From positions 4,192,001 through 4,256,000 of the forward strand of contig OZ242260.1 in NCBI GenBank assembly GCA_965207065.1: a DNA stretch of 64,000 bases, written 5' to 3'. This document shows positions 1-10,953 of this stretch, one piece after another. Source of the stretch: a bacterium (GTDB taxonomy: Bacteria > UBA8248). A model generated the notes under the pieces. That model ran no database searches, was not told where the DNA came from, and saw only the letters and a list, made by a program, of their open reading frames with translations. A program made the position numbers and the translations under genes. Position 1 is the first letter of the stretch, and each line of letters opens with the position of its first letter.

Positions 1-99
1 CCGCCCCATTACGACAGGGGTTACGGGAAGCTGTTCATCGAGAACGTGCTCCAGGCGCCCGATGGCTGTGACTTCGGCTTCCTGAGAAAGACGGAATAA
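1..99 (+). CDS. 3' end of IlvD/Edd-family dehydratase (partial)
   Basis: Frame 1 reads PPHYDRGYGKLFIENVLQAPDGCDFGFLRKTE*, the typical C-terminus (RGY..L....V.QA..GCD..FL) of sugar-acid/dihydroxy-acid dehydratases. Confidence 0.8.
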   Translation, partial: PPHYDRGYGKLFIENVLQAPDGCDFGFLRKTE

Positions 100-102
100 G
101 CC

Positions 103-1149
103 ATGCGCAGAGTCCGCGTCGTCGCACGCATGCTGCCCTGCATCCGCGCCCTGCGCGGCAGGCCCGTCTCGCCCGAGATCGAAGAGCGCCTCGCCCGCGC
201 GCTGGATGAAGAGAAGATTGAACTCATCATCGAGCCCGACGCCAAGAAGCGTATGGCGGCGACGGAAGAGGCGGATTTCTTTCTCTGCGAGAACGACCCG
301 CTGCCTGAGGATTTCTACGAGCGCACCAAGAAACTCAAGCTCATCCAAGCGGGCGGCTATTTCTTCGAAAAACTCCAGATAGAGCGCGCCACGCGGGCGG
401 GCGTGCCCGTGATGACTTTCCCGATGCCGATCACCGATTCGGTGGCGGATCACGTCATCATGATGCTCCTCGCGCTCACGAGAAACTTTGAGGAAACGAC
501 CCGCGCCTCCCGCGAGGGATCGGACAATCCCCCATCCCCCCAAAGGCCGGACGGAAGCGCATTCAACTGGACGCAGACGCAGGGAATCGCCCCGCTGCGC
601 GGCATGCGCCTGAGCGTCCTGGGCATGGGCGACATCGGACGCGGCGTGGCCCTGCGCGCCAAGGCGTTCGGGATGGAGATTCAGTATTGGAACAGAACGC
701 CGCTGCCAGAATCCGTGGACGAGGCGCTGGGCGCTCGGCCCGTTGCGCAAGAGGAGTTGTTCGAAAACACGCAAGCGCTCCTAATCGGCGTCGCTCTTAA
801 CGAGGAGACGCGCGGCATCATCAGCGAAAGCGTGATCCGGACACTCCCAAAGGGAGCGTATCTGCTCAACATCGGGCGCGGGCCGCTGATCGACCAGGAT
901 GCGATGTATCGCGCGCTCACAGACGGCCACCTGGGCGGCGCCGGGCTGGACGTATTTGACCCCGAGCCGTTTCCCCCCGAACACCCCCTGCTGCGCCTGC
1001 CCAACGTCATTCCCTCACCGCACTGCGCGGGCGGTGACGATGTGAACATCGTCCGGGAAATCGAGATTTACTTCGACAACATCCACCGCGCCCTGAACGG
1101 CGAAGCGCCCTTAGGGCTAGTGAACGGCGTCGCCTGGCGGGGTTTATAG
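103..1149 (+). CDS. D-isomer-specific 2-hydroxyacid dehydrogenase
   Basis: GMGDIG Rossmann motif, NIGRG, GAGLDVF.PEP and SPHCAG catalytic motifs. Confidence 0.9.
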   Translation: MRRVRVVARMLPCIRALRGRPVSPEIEERLARALDEEKIELIIEPDAKKRMAATEEADFFLCENDPLPEDFYERTKKLKLIQAGGYFFEKLQIERATRAGVPVMTFPMPITDSVADHVIMMLLALTRNFEETTRASREGSDNPPSPQRPDGSAFNWTQTQGIAPLRGMRLSVLGMGDIGRGVALRAKAFGMEIQYWNRTPLPESVDEALGARPVAQEELFENTQALLIGVALNEETRGIISESVIRTLPKGAYLLNIGRGPLIDQDAMYRALTDGHLGGAGLDVFDPEPFPPEHPLLRLPNVIPSPHCAGGDDVNIVREIEIYFDNIHRALNGEAPLGLVNGVAWRGL

Positions 1150-1152
1150 CCC

Positions 1153-1884
1153 ATGTGCGGACGCTTCACCCTCACCAAACCGATACCCTGGCTCGCGGAG
1201 ATTCTGGACGTAAAAAACACCGAAAGCGTGGGAAGCGTTCCCTCCCGCTACAACGTCGCGCCGGGCACGGACATCGCCATCGTCCGCGCGAAAGAATCGA
1301 CAGACAAAGACGCGCGCGAACTCGCCCTCGCCCGCTGGGGTCTGGTGCCCTTCTGGGCGAAAGACGCAGATTTCGGGGCCAGGACGATCAACGCGCGTTC
1401 TGAAACCGCCTCCCAGAAGCCCGCTTTCCGCGCTGCCTTTCGCTACAAACGATGCCTCATCCCCGCGGACGGTTTTTACGAGTGGGCCGGGAGCGGGAGA
1501 AAAAAACAGCCCTTCTTCATACATCTGGAAGAGAGAAAACCCTTCGCCTTCGCGGGTCTCTGGGAGAGCTGGACGGGGGCGGACGGGAGCGTTCTCGAGA
1601 CCTGTACGATCCTCACGACGGAGGCGAACGAGAAGCTGGCCGAACTGCACCACCGGATGCCCGTCATCCTGCCCGAGGAATCCTACGCGGAGTGGCTGAA
1701 CCCGCGCGAGAACCGCGCAAAAGCCGTACAAGAGCTTCTCAAGCCCTATCCATCGGAGGCCTTTTCGTATTACCCCGTGAGCGAGCGGGTCAACAGCCCG
1801 AGAAACGACGACGCGGCCTGTATTGAAAAACGCGCGGAAAAAGAGAAACCACCGGAACTTCAGGGATCGCTATTCGGGGATTGA
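1153..1884 (+). CDS. SOS response-associated peptidase (SRAP/YedK/HMCES abasic-site protection family)
   Basis: N-terminal MCGRF, RYNVAP, WGLVP, INARSET, DGFYEW, HHRMPVIL. Confidence 0.95.
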   Translation: MCGRFTLTKPIPWLAEILDVKNTESVGSVPSRYNVAPGTDIAIVRAKESTDKDARELALARWGLVPFWAKDADFGARTINARSETASQKPAFRAAFRYKRCLIPADGFYEWAGSGRKKQPFFIHLEERKPFAFAGLWESWTGADGSVLETCTILTTEANEKLAELHHRMPVILPEESYAEWLNPRENRAKAVQELLKPYPSEAFSYYPVSERVNSPRNDDAACIEKRAEKEKPPELQGSLFGD

Positions 1885-1919
1885 GGCGTGTGCGTCGGAT
1901 GACCATAGAGATATTCAGT

Positions 1920-2308
1920 GGACAGGCACGGAGGCCTGTCCCTACGAACCCACCCTTGCAGAACGCCAACCAACCACTCCCCCCTTGAGGGGGAGTCGAT
2001 GAAGCCGAGCGGTTTATGCGAAGGCTGAATCGGTGGGGGGTAAAATGCGTTTTCTTGCCATTCCGAATCATACCCCCCACCAGTTCACTTTCGGACTTAC
2101 TCCCTCAGTTCACTGTCGGTCTACCCGAGGAGGATAGACCGACCCTCAAGGGGGGAGTGGTTCTCTTGCTCTTCGTCGATCGCGTCGAACCCTCATTATC
2201 AGGACTTTTTCAACAACCCCATATACGTCCCCTATACTCATCCGTTAGATGAAAAACAGGGCGGACACATTCGGGCTTCGCTTCCTCAGCAAAGCCCGAC
2301 ACCCCTAC
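1920..2308. repeat. Composite intergenic repeat copy 1: REP, hairpin module B pair, right IS-like end, modified REP
   Basis: REP GGACAGGC..GCCTGTCCCTAC 1920-1945; 20-bp IR AACCACTCCCCCCTTGAGGG 1972-1991 / 2143-2162; end GACTTTTTCAACAACCCC to 2220. Confidence 0.85.
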
Positions 2309-2353
2309 AGTAGAAAGCCCACATCATCCGTAAATCCACTGTAATGGCACAAC

Positions 2354-3547
2354 TCAGGAGATGGACGATCCCTCGGGCTGTTCTTCTATCGGCGCGTCGG
2401 TGGTGAGGCGCTTTTTCGCCGTGGGCGCATAGCCGCCGCCCGCCATCGTCGAGGCGATTTCCAGAATCTCTACCATCGACTCGGGCATTCCCGAGGGATA
2501 GGCCTCGTCGGGGCATTTGCTGTTCGTCATGTAGGCGCACGGCTTGCACTCGATGCAGCGGATGACTTCCCCATCCCGCGCTTCGATCGCCTTGTTCGCA
2601 TAGTCCGGGTCCGTGAGCAGGGCGCGCCCCACGCCGACGAAATCGGCGCCCCCATCGAGATACGCCTGAATCCGCGCGGGCTCGAAGGCGGCCCCGTTCG
2701 CGACGAGGGGGACGTCCACCGCCTTTCGCAGCCTGTCGAAAGCGGGGTTGTACAAGTCGGGCATGACGGGCAGACCCACGCGCGCGTTCCGCGAGCAATG
2801 GAGTATGTCGACTCCCGCCTCCACGAGTGCGGGCGCAAGAGCAAGCGTATCCTCCACCGTGAAGCCGTTCTCGAAAGGCTCCAGGAGCCCCAGGCGGTAG
2901 CTCACCACCATATCGTCGCCCCCACCCTCGCGCACGGCCTGCGCCACTTCGAGCGGAAAGCGCATGCGATTTTCCAGCGCGCCGCCGTAGCCGTCCGTCC
3001 GCCGGTTCGAGGCCGGTGAGAAGAACTGCTGGCACAGATACCAGGTGGCCCCGTGAATCTCGATAACCCTGCCGCCCGCCTCGCGCACCCGCCGCGCCGC
3101 GTCGCCATAAGCCCGGACGGCGGTCTTGATGTCCGCCTCGCTCATCTCGCGTGGCACCTCATCCTCGGTGGGATGCGGGACGGGAGATGGCCCCACAGGC
3201 TCCATCCCCGTGATGGCGCTGAGCGCCGTTCGGCCCGCGTGATAAATCTGAACCGCAAGTGGCGCGCCCGCATCTTCCACTGCCTGGATCAGCTCGCCAA
3301 GGGCGGGGACGAGCGCGTCGTCGTGCGTGCCGAGCTGGTTGGGAAAGCCCTTGCCCTCCTGGTTGACGTAGGTCGCTTCCGAGAAGCAAATCGCAGAGCC
3401 CCCAAGGGCGCGGGCCTTGTAATGCGCGTGCGACCAGGCGGATGGCGCGCCGTCTTCTTCTGCGCGCGAGGTCGTCATCGCGGACATGAGAATACGGTGT
3501 TTGATGCGCTGACCGCGAACTTCGATGGGATCCGTAAATTTAGCCAT
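2354..3547 (-). CDS. NADH:flavin oxidoreductase (Old Yellow Enzyme family) with C-terminal Cys cluster
   Basis: HRILMSAM, QIYHAGR, EIHGATWYL, NRRTDGYGG.LENRMRF, GVGRALL.DPD, CIECKPC..C; start moved to ATG at 3547. Confidence 0.9.
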   Translation of the reverse strand: MAKFTDPIEVRGQRIKHRILMSAMTTSRAEEDGAPSAWSHAHYKARALGGSAICFSEATYVNQEGKGFPNQLGTHDDALVPALGELIQAVEDAGAPLAVQIYHAGRTALSAITGMEPVGPSPVPHPTEDEVPREMSEADIKTAVRAYGDAARRVREAGGRVIEIHGATWYLCQQFFSPASNRRTDGYGGALENRMRFPLEVAQAVREGGGDDMVVSYRLGLLEPFENGFTVEDTLALAPALVEAGVDILHCSRNARVGLPVMPDLYNPAFDRLRKAVDVPLVANGAAFEPARIQAYLDGGADFVGVGRALLTDPDYANKAIEARDGEVIRCIECKPCAYMTNSKCPDEAYPSGMPESMVEILEIASTMAGGGYAPTAKKRLTTDAPIEEQPEGSSIS

Positions 3548-3666
3548 GTAGAGAAATCTCCCGAAAATCACCCCCACGAACCAACATCGCGGCGAGCCCA
3601 CCGGACCCGCCGCGATGCGATCTGAAAATCAGGAGGGCGGAAACAGCACCCGACCCTCGCTCCGTT

Positions 3667-4461
3667 TTAGTTTCTCGCCAGAAATTCCTCGATGTCGCGC
3701 AAGGATTCCTCAAAGCACTGGATGAGGAAGAAGTGGCTCGCCTCCTCGTAAATCTTGATCTCACAACCCGGCACGCGGTCGGCAATCTCCTGCGAGGCGC
3801 TCGCCGCGCACAGCACGTCCTGCCCGCCCGCGAAAACCTTCGTCGGGCACTTGACCTCGTGCAGCCTGTCGAGCGCGTCGTGCGTGAGGCAGGCGTGGGT
3901 GGAATGCACGTAGCCGGGGATGGGCCTGTCCGTATCGCCGAGCCCCGCCTCGAACGCGTCGAGTTGTTCCTTGTTCTCGTTGAAATATTGAGGCGGGAAA
4001 AAGAAGAGCGACTGGTGCATGGCGGCAGGCCCGTAGCCCTGGGCCTTCACGACCTCGTTGATGTTGTAGAGGATCTGGTAGCCGTACCTGTCCAGCTTGC
4101 CGAAAGAGGCGGTGATGAGGAGGCTCCGCACGCGGTCGGGATAGTCGAGCGCCATCATCTGCGCGATGGCGCCCCCCATCGAGCGGCCGATGATGTGCGC
4201 GGGCTCGGTGATGCCCACCGCGTCCATCAGGCCGATGGTGTCGGCCGCGAAATGGCTCGACGTGTAGGGATAATCGGGCGCGGAACTCCTGCCCGCCCCC
4301 CGGTTGTCGAAGGCCAGCACGCGGTAGTTCTTCTCCAGACTCTCGATTTGCGCCTTCCACGCGCTGCAATCGCCCGCGAGCCCGTGGATGAGAACCACGG
4401 GCACGCCTTCCCCGTATTCCTCATAGTAAAGCTCTACATCACCCACCTGAACTTTCGGCAT
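3667..4461 (-). CDS. Alpha/beta hydrolase (enol-lactonase/RutD-like)
   Basis: HGLAG oxyanion motif, DNRGAGRS, GRSMGG nucleophile elbow, D and H of triad. Confidence 0.9.
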   Translation of the reverse strand: MPKVQVGDVELYYEEYGEGVPVVLIHGLAGDCSAWKAQIESLEKNYRVLAFDNRGAGRSSAPDYPYTSSHFAADTIGLMDAVGITEPAHIIGRSMGGAIAQMMALDYPDRVRSLLITASFGKLDRYGYQILYNINEVVKAQGYGPAAMHQSLFFFPPQYFNENKEQLDAFEAGLGDTDRPIPGYVHSTHACLTHDALDRLHEVKCPTKVFAGGQDVLCAASASQEIADRVPGCEIKIYEEASHFFLIQCFEESLRDIEEFLARN

Positions 4462-4569
4462 CTTGAAAACCCTCTTCTGTGATTAGTCGAATAGCCGCTC
4501 TTCGAGCGCTTGCGGCCACTACAGCCTGCATGTGAGACATTGGAGGCGCTCTTCATCGAGCGCGGGGAA

Positions 4570-5307
4570 TCAGCTCTTCTTGCCTTCGGCGCCCTCGGCC
4601 ACCTTGTCCATGAACTCCTCGTTGTCGAACACCCAGCCGAGGCAGCGCATGACGTTCTGCATCCCGAAGACGTGCAGGTCCGGCCCGTACATGCTCTTCA
4701 CGCAGTCGGAGAGCATCACCACCCGGTAGTCGTAGTTGAAGGCGGTGAAGGCCGTGTTCAGCACGCAGGTGTTCGTGTTGATGCCCATGAGGCAGACGTT
4801 CTTCGTGCCCAGCGAGTCGAGGAGCATCTGGAGGTCCGTTCCCATGAAGCAGTCGAGGCGCTTTTTGTTGTCGATGACGTAGTCGCCCTCTTCCACGAGG
4901 GAGGGAATCATCTCCGTCGTCACCTCGCCCATGATGTTGTGGTCGTTCACCGTGCTCTTGCGGCCGAGCGTCAAGCGGTTTTTATCGTCCTGAATGTCAT
5001 GGAGCGCCTTCCAGAAGTGGACCTTCATGCCCTCGCTTCCGAGGCCGGGAATCTTCCGGAAGATGAGCTTCACGTGGACGACGGGTATTCCGTGGCTTCT
5101 GGCGAAACCGAGGAGTTCCTCCGCGGCGCCGATGACGCTCTCGCAATCCTCGTCACTCGCCGGCATGGTGGCGACTTCGGGGTCGAGGTGGCCCCGGTGC
5201 ATGTCAATGGTGACGATGGTGGTTTCTTTCGGGTCGAGCGATATCATTTCCTTCAACTGATCCGTCATTTCCGAACGATCGAGAATCTCTACTTGTTGCG
5301 CAGCCAT
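4570..5307 (-). CDS. Isochorismatase-family cysteine hydrolase
   Basis: IDM (Asp), NKK (Lys) and GINTNTCV (Cys) triad; start after GAGGGG. Confidence 0.88.
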   Translation of the reverse strand: MAAQQVEILDRSEMTDQLKEMISLDPKETTIVTIDMHRGHLDPEVATMPASDEDCESVIGAAEELLGFARSHGIPVVHVKLIFRKIPGLGSEGMKVHFWKALHDIQDDKNRLTLGRKSTVNDHNIMGEVTTEMIPSLVEEGDYVIDNKKRLDCFMGTDLQMLLDSLGTKNVCLMGINTNTCVLNTAFTAFNYDYRVVMLSDCVKSMYGPDLHVFGMQNVMRCLGWVFDNEEFMDKVAEGAEGKKS

Positions 5308-5462
5308 GGCACCATCCCCTCTTCTTGAGAATAGATGTACAGGTTCCTGTCGAATGCTCATAGCATATTACATAACGCCAGGATTGAAAACGGGGGAAGG
5401 GGGGACTCGGGGGGAGGGTCGCACTCAACGAACAAGCGGGAAGAACAGGAAGGTACGGCTAG

Positions 5463-5777
5463 CTATTGAAGCGGAGGCAGGTCGGGAAAAAGTTTGTTGG
5501 CCGTATCGAGAGAACATCCTTGCGCAAGATATTCATCCCGTTTTTGGAGCTTGTCCTGCTCGGACATTCCCTCCTGAGCCGCCCGCATCAAGGCCTCTAC
5601 CCCCTTGTCGGCGCCGTCGCTCTGATTTTTTCGAACAAGCTCTCTCATAACAACCACCAAAAACGAGTCCCAATAGTTAAAAAACTTACGATAAATTCTA
5701 GCAACAAGCGCTTGATTGTCAAACGATACGAATGCTTTGGCTGTTTCTTCAGCGTCTACTACCGGCAGCTTGTACAA
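5463..5777 (-). CDS. Hypothetical protein (104 aa)
   Basis: Only protein-like ORF in the gap; TTG start; AT-richer than its flanks; no family recognised. Confidence 0.4.
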   Translation of the reverse strand: MYKLPVVDAEETAKAFVSFDNQALVARIYRKFFNYWDSFLVVVMRELVRKNQSDGADKGVEALMRAAQEGMSEQDKLQKRDEYLAQGCSLDTANKLFPDLPPLQ

Positions 5778-5828
5778 TGCGCTCGAAATATACTTTTGCT
5801 TATTTCCAGACTTGCCCCCCCCGGCAAC

Positions 5829-5856
5829 AAAAAAGGCTCCCCGCGCGGGGGAGCCT
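5829..5856 (-). terminator. Intrinsic terminator after sdhB
   Basis: AGGCTCCCC-GCGC-GGGGGAGCCT hairpin followed by a T-run on the minus strand. Confidence 0.8.
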
Positions 5857-5880
5857 CTTGAGAACCGTTTTGGTTGCGGC

Positions 5881-6626
5881 CTAATCGCCTCTCACGGTCG
5901 CGCGGATGAACTCGCGGTTCATCTTGGCGATGTGGCTGATGCTGATGTCCTTGGGGCACATGGCCTCGCACTCGGCGTGGTTGGTGCAGTTGCCGAAACC
6001 CTCCTCATCCATCCGGGCGACCATGTCGAGCACCCTCTGGCCGCGCTCGGGCATGCCCTGGGGCAAGTGCGCCAGATGAGAGACCTTCGCCGCCACGAAG
6101 AGCATCGCCGAGCCGTTCGGGCACGACGCCGCGCAGGCGCCGCAGCCGATGCAGGCGGCCGCGTCCATGGCGGCGTCCGCGTCGGGCTTGGGGATGGGAA
6201 CCGCATTGCCGTCCGGCGCGCCGCCCGTGTTCGCGGAGATGAAGCCCCCCGCCTGGATGATGCGGTCGAACGAGGTGCGGTCGACCACCAGATCCCTGAT
6301 AACCGGGAAGGCGCTCGCCCGCCAGGGCTCGATGGTGATGGTGTCGCCGTCGTTGAATTTTCTCATGTGAAGCTGGCAGGTGGTCGTTCCGTCGAAACCC
6401 CCGTGCGCTCTTCCGTTGATGACCAGCGAGCACATGCCGCAGATTCCCTCGCGGCAATCGTGGTCGAAGGCGATGGGATCCTTGCCTTCCATGATCAGGC
6501 GCTCGTTCGTCACGTCGAGCATTTCCAGAAAAGACATGTCCGGGATGATGCCGCTCACCTGATAGGACTCGAACCTGCCCGTCGACTGCCCGTCTTTTTG
6601 CCGCCATACCCTGAGGGTGAGGTCCA

Positions 6627-6627
<1 letters not shown>
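5881..6627 (-). CDS. sdhB: Succinate dehydrogenase/fumarate reductase iron-sulfur subunit
   Basis: [10 protein letters not shown] 2Fe-2S motif, [24 protein letters not shown]. Confidence 0.95.
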
Positions 6628-8552
<1,925 letters not shown>

Positions 8553-8576
8553 ACCCTTCTCCTCACCAAGGGAGAA

Positions 8577-9257
8577 CTATTTCAACACACCCGCCAATAC
8601 GGCCAGCGGAATCGACATGAAGCCGAGAGCAAGAAGGACGCCGCTCCAGGGGCCCAGCCGTTTGAAAATGGGGTTGTAAGAGGGATTGTTGATTCCCAGC
8701 GACTGGAACAGGCTCGTCACGCCGTGGCTAAGGTGAAGCCCCAGAAGAATCATCGAAACCAGATATACACCCGAAACCGCTGTGTTCCTGAATCCGAGAA
8801 TCACCATCCGGTAGACGTCATGGCGGCCCTGGGCGTCATGCAACTGGGCGAACTCGGGGTTCGTGGCGAACAGCGTGAAATGAAGCAGGTGGTAGGCGGC
8901 GAAAGCCAGCACCAGAGCGCCCGTCATGACGATGGAGCGGCCCGCATAGGTGACCATCGTGGCCTCTGAAACGGCGTAGGCCTGCGGCCGGGCCGCCTTG
9001 TTCATGCGCCAAAGACGCAGGGCCGAGCCGATGTGCACAAGGAATACGACCAGCAGGCCGACCCGCGCCACCCACAGCAAAGCGCCCAGGTCCTTCAAGC
9101 CCTTGGCGTAGGCGTTCGTCGCTTCGGGACCTGCGAACATCAGCAGGTTGCCGAGCAGGTGACCGATGATGAACAAGACCAACAAAATCCCGGTGACGGC
9201 CATGGCGACCTTGGCGCCGATGGATGATTGCAGGATTTTCGCAAACCGGCCCATCAA
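8577..9257 (-). CDS. sdhC: Succinate dehydrogenase cytochrome b558 anchor (single subunit)
   Basis: About five TM helices with heme His residues (GHLLGNL, VHI, YHLLHF, LHLSHG), upstream of sdhA. Confidence 0.92.
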   Translation of the reverse strand: MMGRFAKILQSSIGAKVAMAVTGILLVLFIIGHLLGNLLMFAGPEATNAYAKGLKDLGALLWVARVGLLVVFLVHIGSALRLWRMNKAARPQAYAVSEATMVTYAGRSIVMTGALVLAFAAYHLLHFTLFATNPEFAQLHDAQGRHDVYRMVILGFRNTAVSGVYLVSMILLGLHLSHGVTSLFQSLGINNPSYNPIFKRLGPWSGVLLALGFMSIPLAVLAGVLK

Positions 9258-9478
9258 ATTGCTCCCCCAAAAGCAAAAAATCTCGAATTCGAGAGGGTTG
9301 ATTCGTCTAATCGGGTGGCAATGTATAGATTCATGCGCGCATGGTCAACCGCATTTCGGAAAATCCTCTTTTTTGGATCGGCGCCCTTTTCACCCCGTGG
9401 ATTATCGGCAATTTTTGCGATATTTTAGTTCGATATCGCCTGATTTTCCGACGACCGACTTCGAGAAGGAATGCCCAG

Positions 9479-10501
9479 ATGCTAAACGGCGACGTCTTCG
9501 TTTTCGACAACGTGGTGCACATGTACGACCTGTCTGATGAGAACCTCGCCCGCCCGGACAGCGGACTCGACCGCCTCTGGCACCTGCGGATCGGCAAGGG
9601 AAGACGCCCCGCGGGACAGGAAGACATTTACGCGGGTGGAGACCCCATCGGCGGGTTCGCCAGGAAATGGTCTTGCGATGAGTTGAGCAAGCTGGTCTTC
9701 GAGGATTCTCAGACCGACATGGCCATGGCGCAGGCCGTCGTGCTCTACGACGTCTACAAGGAGGGCTTCTCCCCCGTTCAGGCGCAATACGAATTCGCAG
9801 AGGCGCATCCGGAGCGCGTCCTTTTCTGCGGCGGGGTGGACCCCAAGTACCCGAGCGTGCAGGGCGCGCTCGAAGAACTGGAGCGACAGGTGACGGAGAT
9901 GGGCGCGCGCTCGATGAAGTTCTACAACGCCCACATCGACGGAAACTCCTGGCGGTGCGACGACCCGGAACTCGCCTATCCGATATACGAGAAAGGCCGC
10001 GCGTTGGGCATCAACGTGTTCCAGTACCACAAGGGGTTTCCCATCACCCGCGCGCGACTCGAAGACCTGACGCCGCTCGACATCCAGCAGGCGGCCATGG
10101 ATTTCCCCGACCTCACCTTCGCCATCCACCACCTGGCGCTGCCCTACTTCGAGGAATGCGTCTACATCGCGGCGCGTTTCGAGAACGTCGTGCTCGTCCT
10201 TTCGGGCACGATGCACCTGCCCCTCGTCGCGCCCTGGCAGTTCAAGGAATACATGGGCAGGCTCTTGCGCGACGTGGGTTCGGAGCGAGTCCTCTGGGGC
10301 TCGGAAGCGCCGCTGCTGGGAAACCCCCAGCCCATGATCGAATGGTTCTGGGAGATGGAGATCGACGAGGAATTACAGGATCGATTCGGCTATCCTCCCA
10401 TCACGGAGCAGGACAAGCGCAACATTCTGGGCGAGAACCAGGCGAGGCTCTTCGGAATCGACGTGGCGGCCAAGAAAAAAGAACTCGGTTTGGTGGCTTG
10501 A
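9479..10501 (+). CDS. Amidohydrolase family 2 protein
   Basis: DNVVH, MKFY, QYHKG, FPDL.FAIHH, VLWGSE, KRNILGEN.ARL; RBS AAGGA upstream. Confidence 0.88.
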   Translation: MLNGDVFVFDNVVHMYDLSDENLARPDSGLDRLWHLRIGKGRRPAGQEDIYAGGDPIGGFARKWSCDELSKLVFEDSQTDMAMAQAVVLYDVYKEGFSPVQAQYEFAEAHPERVLFCGGVDPKYPSVQGALEELERQVTEMGARSMKFYNAHIDGNSWRCDDPELAYPIYEKGRALGINVFQYHKGFPITRARLEDLTPLDIQQAAMDFPDLTFAIHHLALPYFEECVYIAARFENVVLVLSGTMHLPLVAPWQFKEYMGRLLRDVGSERVLWGSEAPLLGNPQPMIEWFWEMEIDEELQDRFGYPPITEQDKRNILGENQARLFGIDVAAKKKELGLVA

Positions 10502-10515
10502 GCACGAAGCGAGTC

Positions 10516-10822
10516 GGGGTTGTTGAAAAAGCTATGATTTCGTGGTTCGGCGTATGCAACCGACCGGAGAGGGAGGAGACAACACTTCCCCCATGTGGAG
10601 TACTCAACAATCACTCCCCACTTGAGGGGTCTGTTGAAAAAACCCGCTCTGCTCGTCCTCCCCCTGCCTTGAAAAGCAACCCCCCCTACCCCCCCTTGTC
10701 AGGGGGGCAAGAAAAAGCAAAGCCCCCTCTGCCCGGCGGGGGCGCAGGGGCCTGTCCGCTACGGTGAACAATTCGATGATCGGGATTCCCTCCCCCATCG
10801 GAAGGGCTTTTTCAACAACCCC
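10516..10822. mobile_element. MITE-like composite element copy 2 with perfect 17-bp terminal inverted repeats
   Basis: GGGGTTGTTGAAAAAGC ... GCTTTTTCAACAACCCC; internal second left end at about 10627; hairpin modules and a REP fragment; no transposase. Confidence 0.8.
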
Positions 10823-10953
10823 GCGTCGGGCGGCGCGGCGGTCGATTTCACGGGGTTTCGGATTGACCCCCACCGATTTCTGCGCGAGGATGAGCCGGAC
10901 GACAAACAACTATTTCAGACAAATCCGGGCGAATCAGGAATGGAGGATTTTCC

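Noticed and set aside
1153..1884. SRAP gene as a sign of a prophage or mobile island
   Set aside because: No phage, integrase or error-prone polymerase genes nearby; host-like composition
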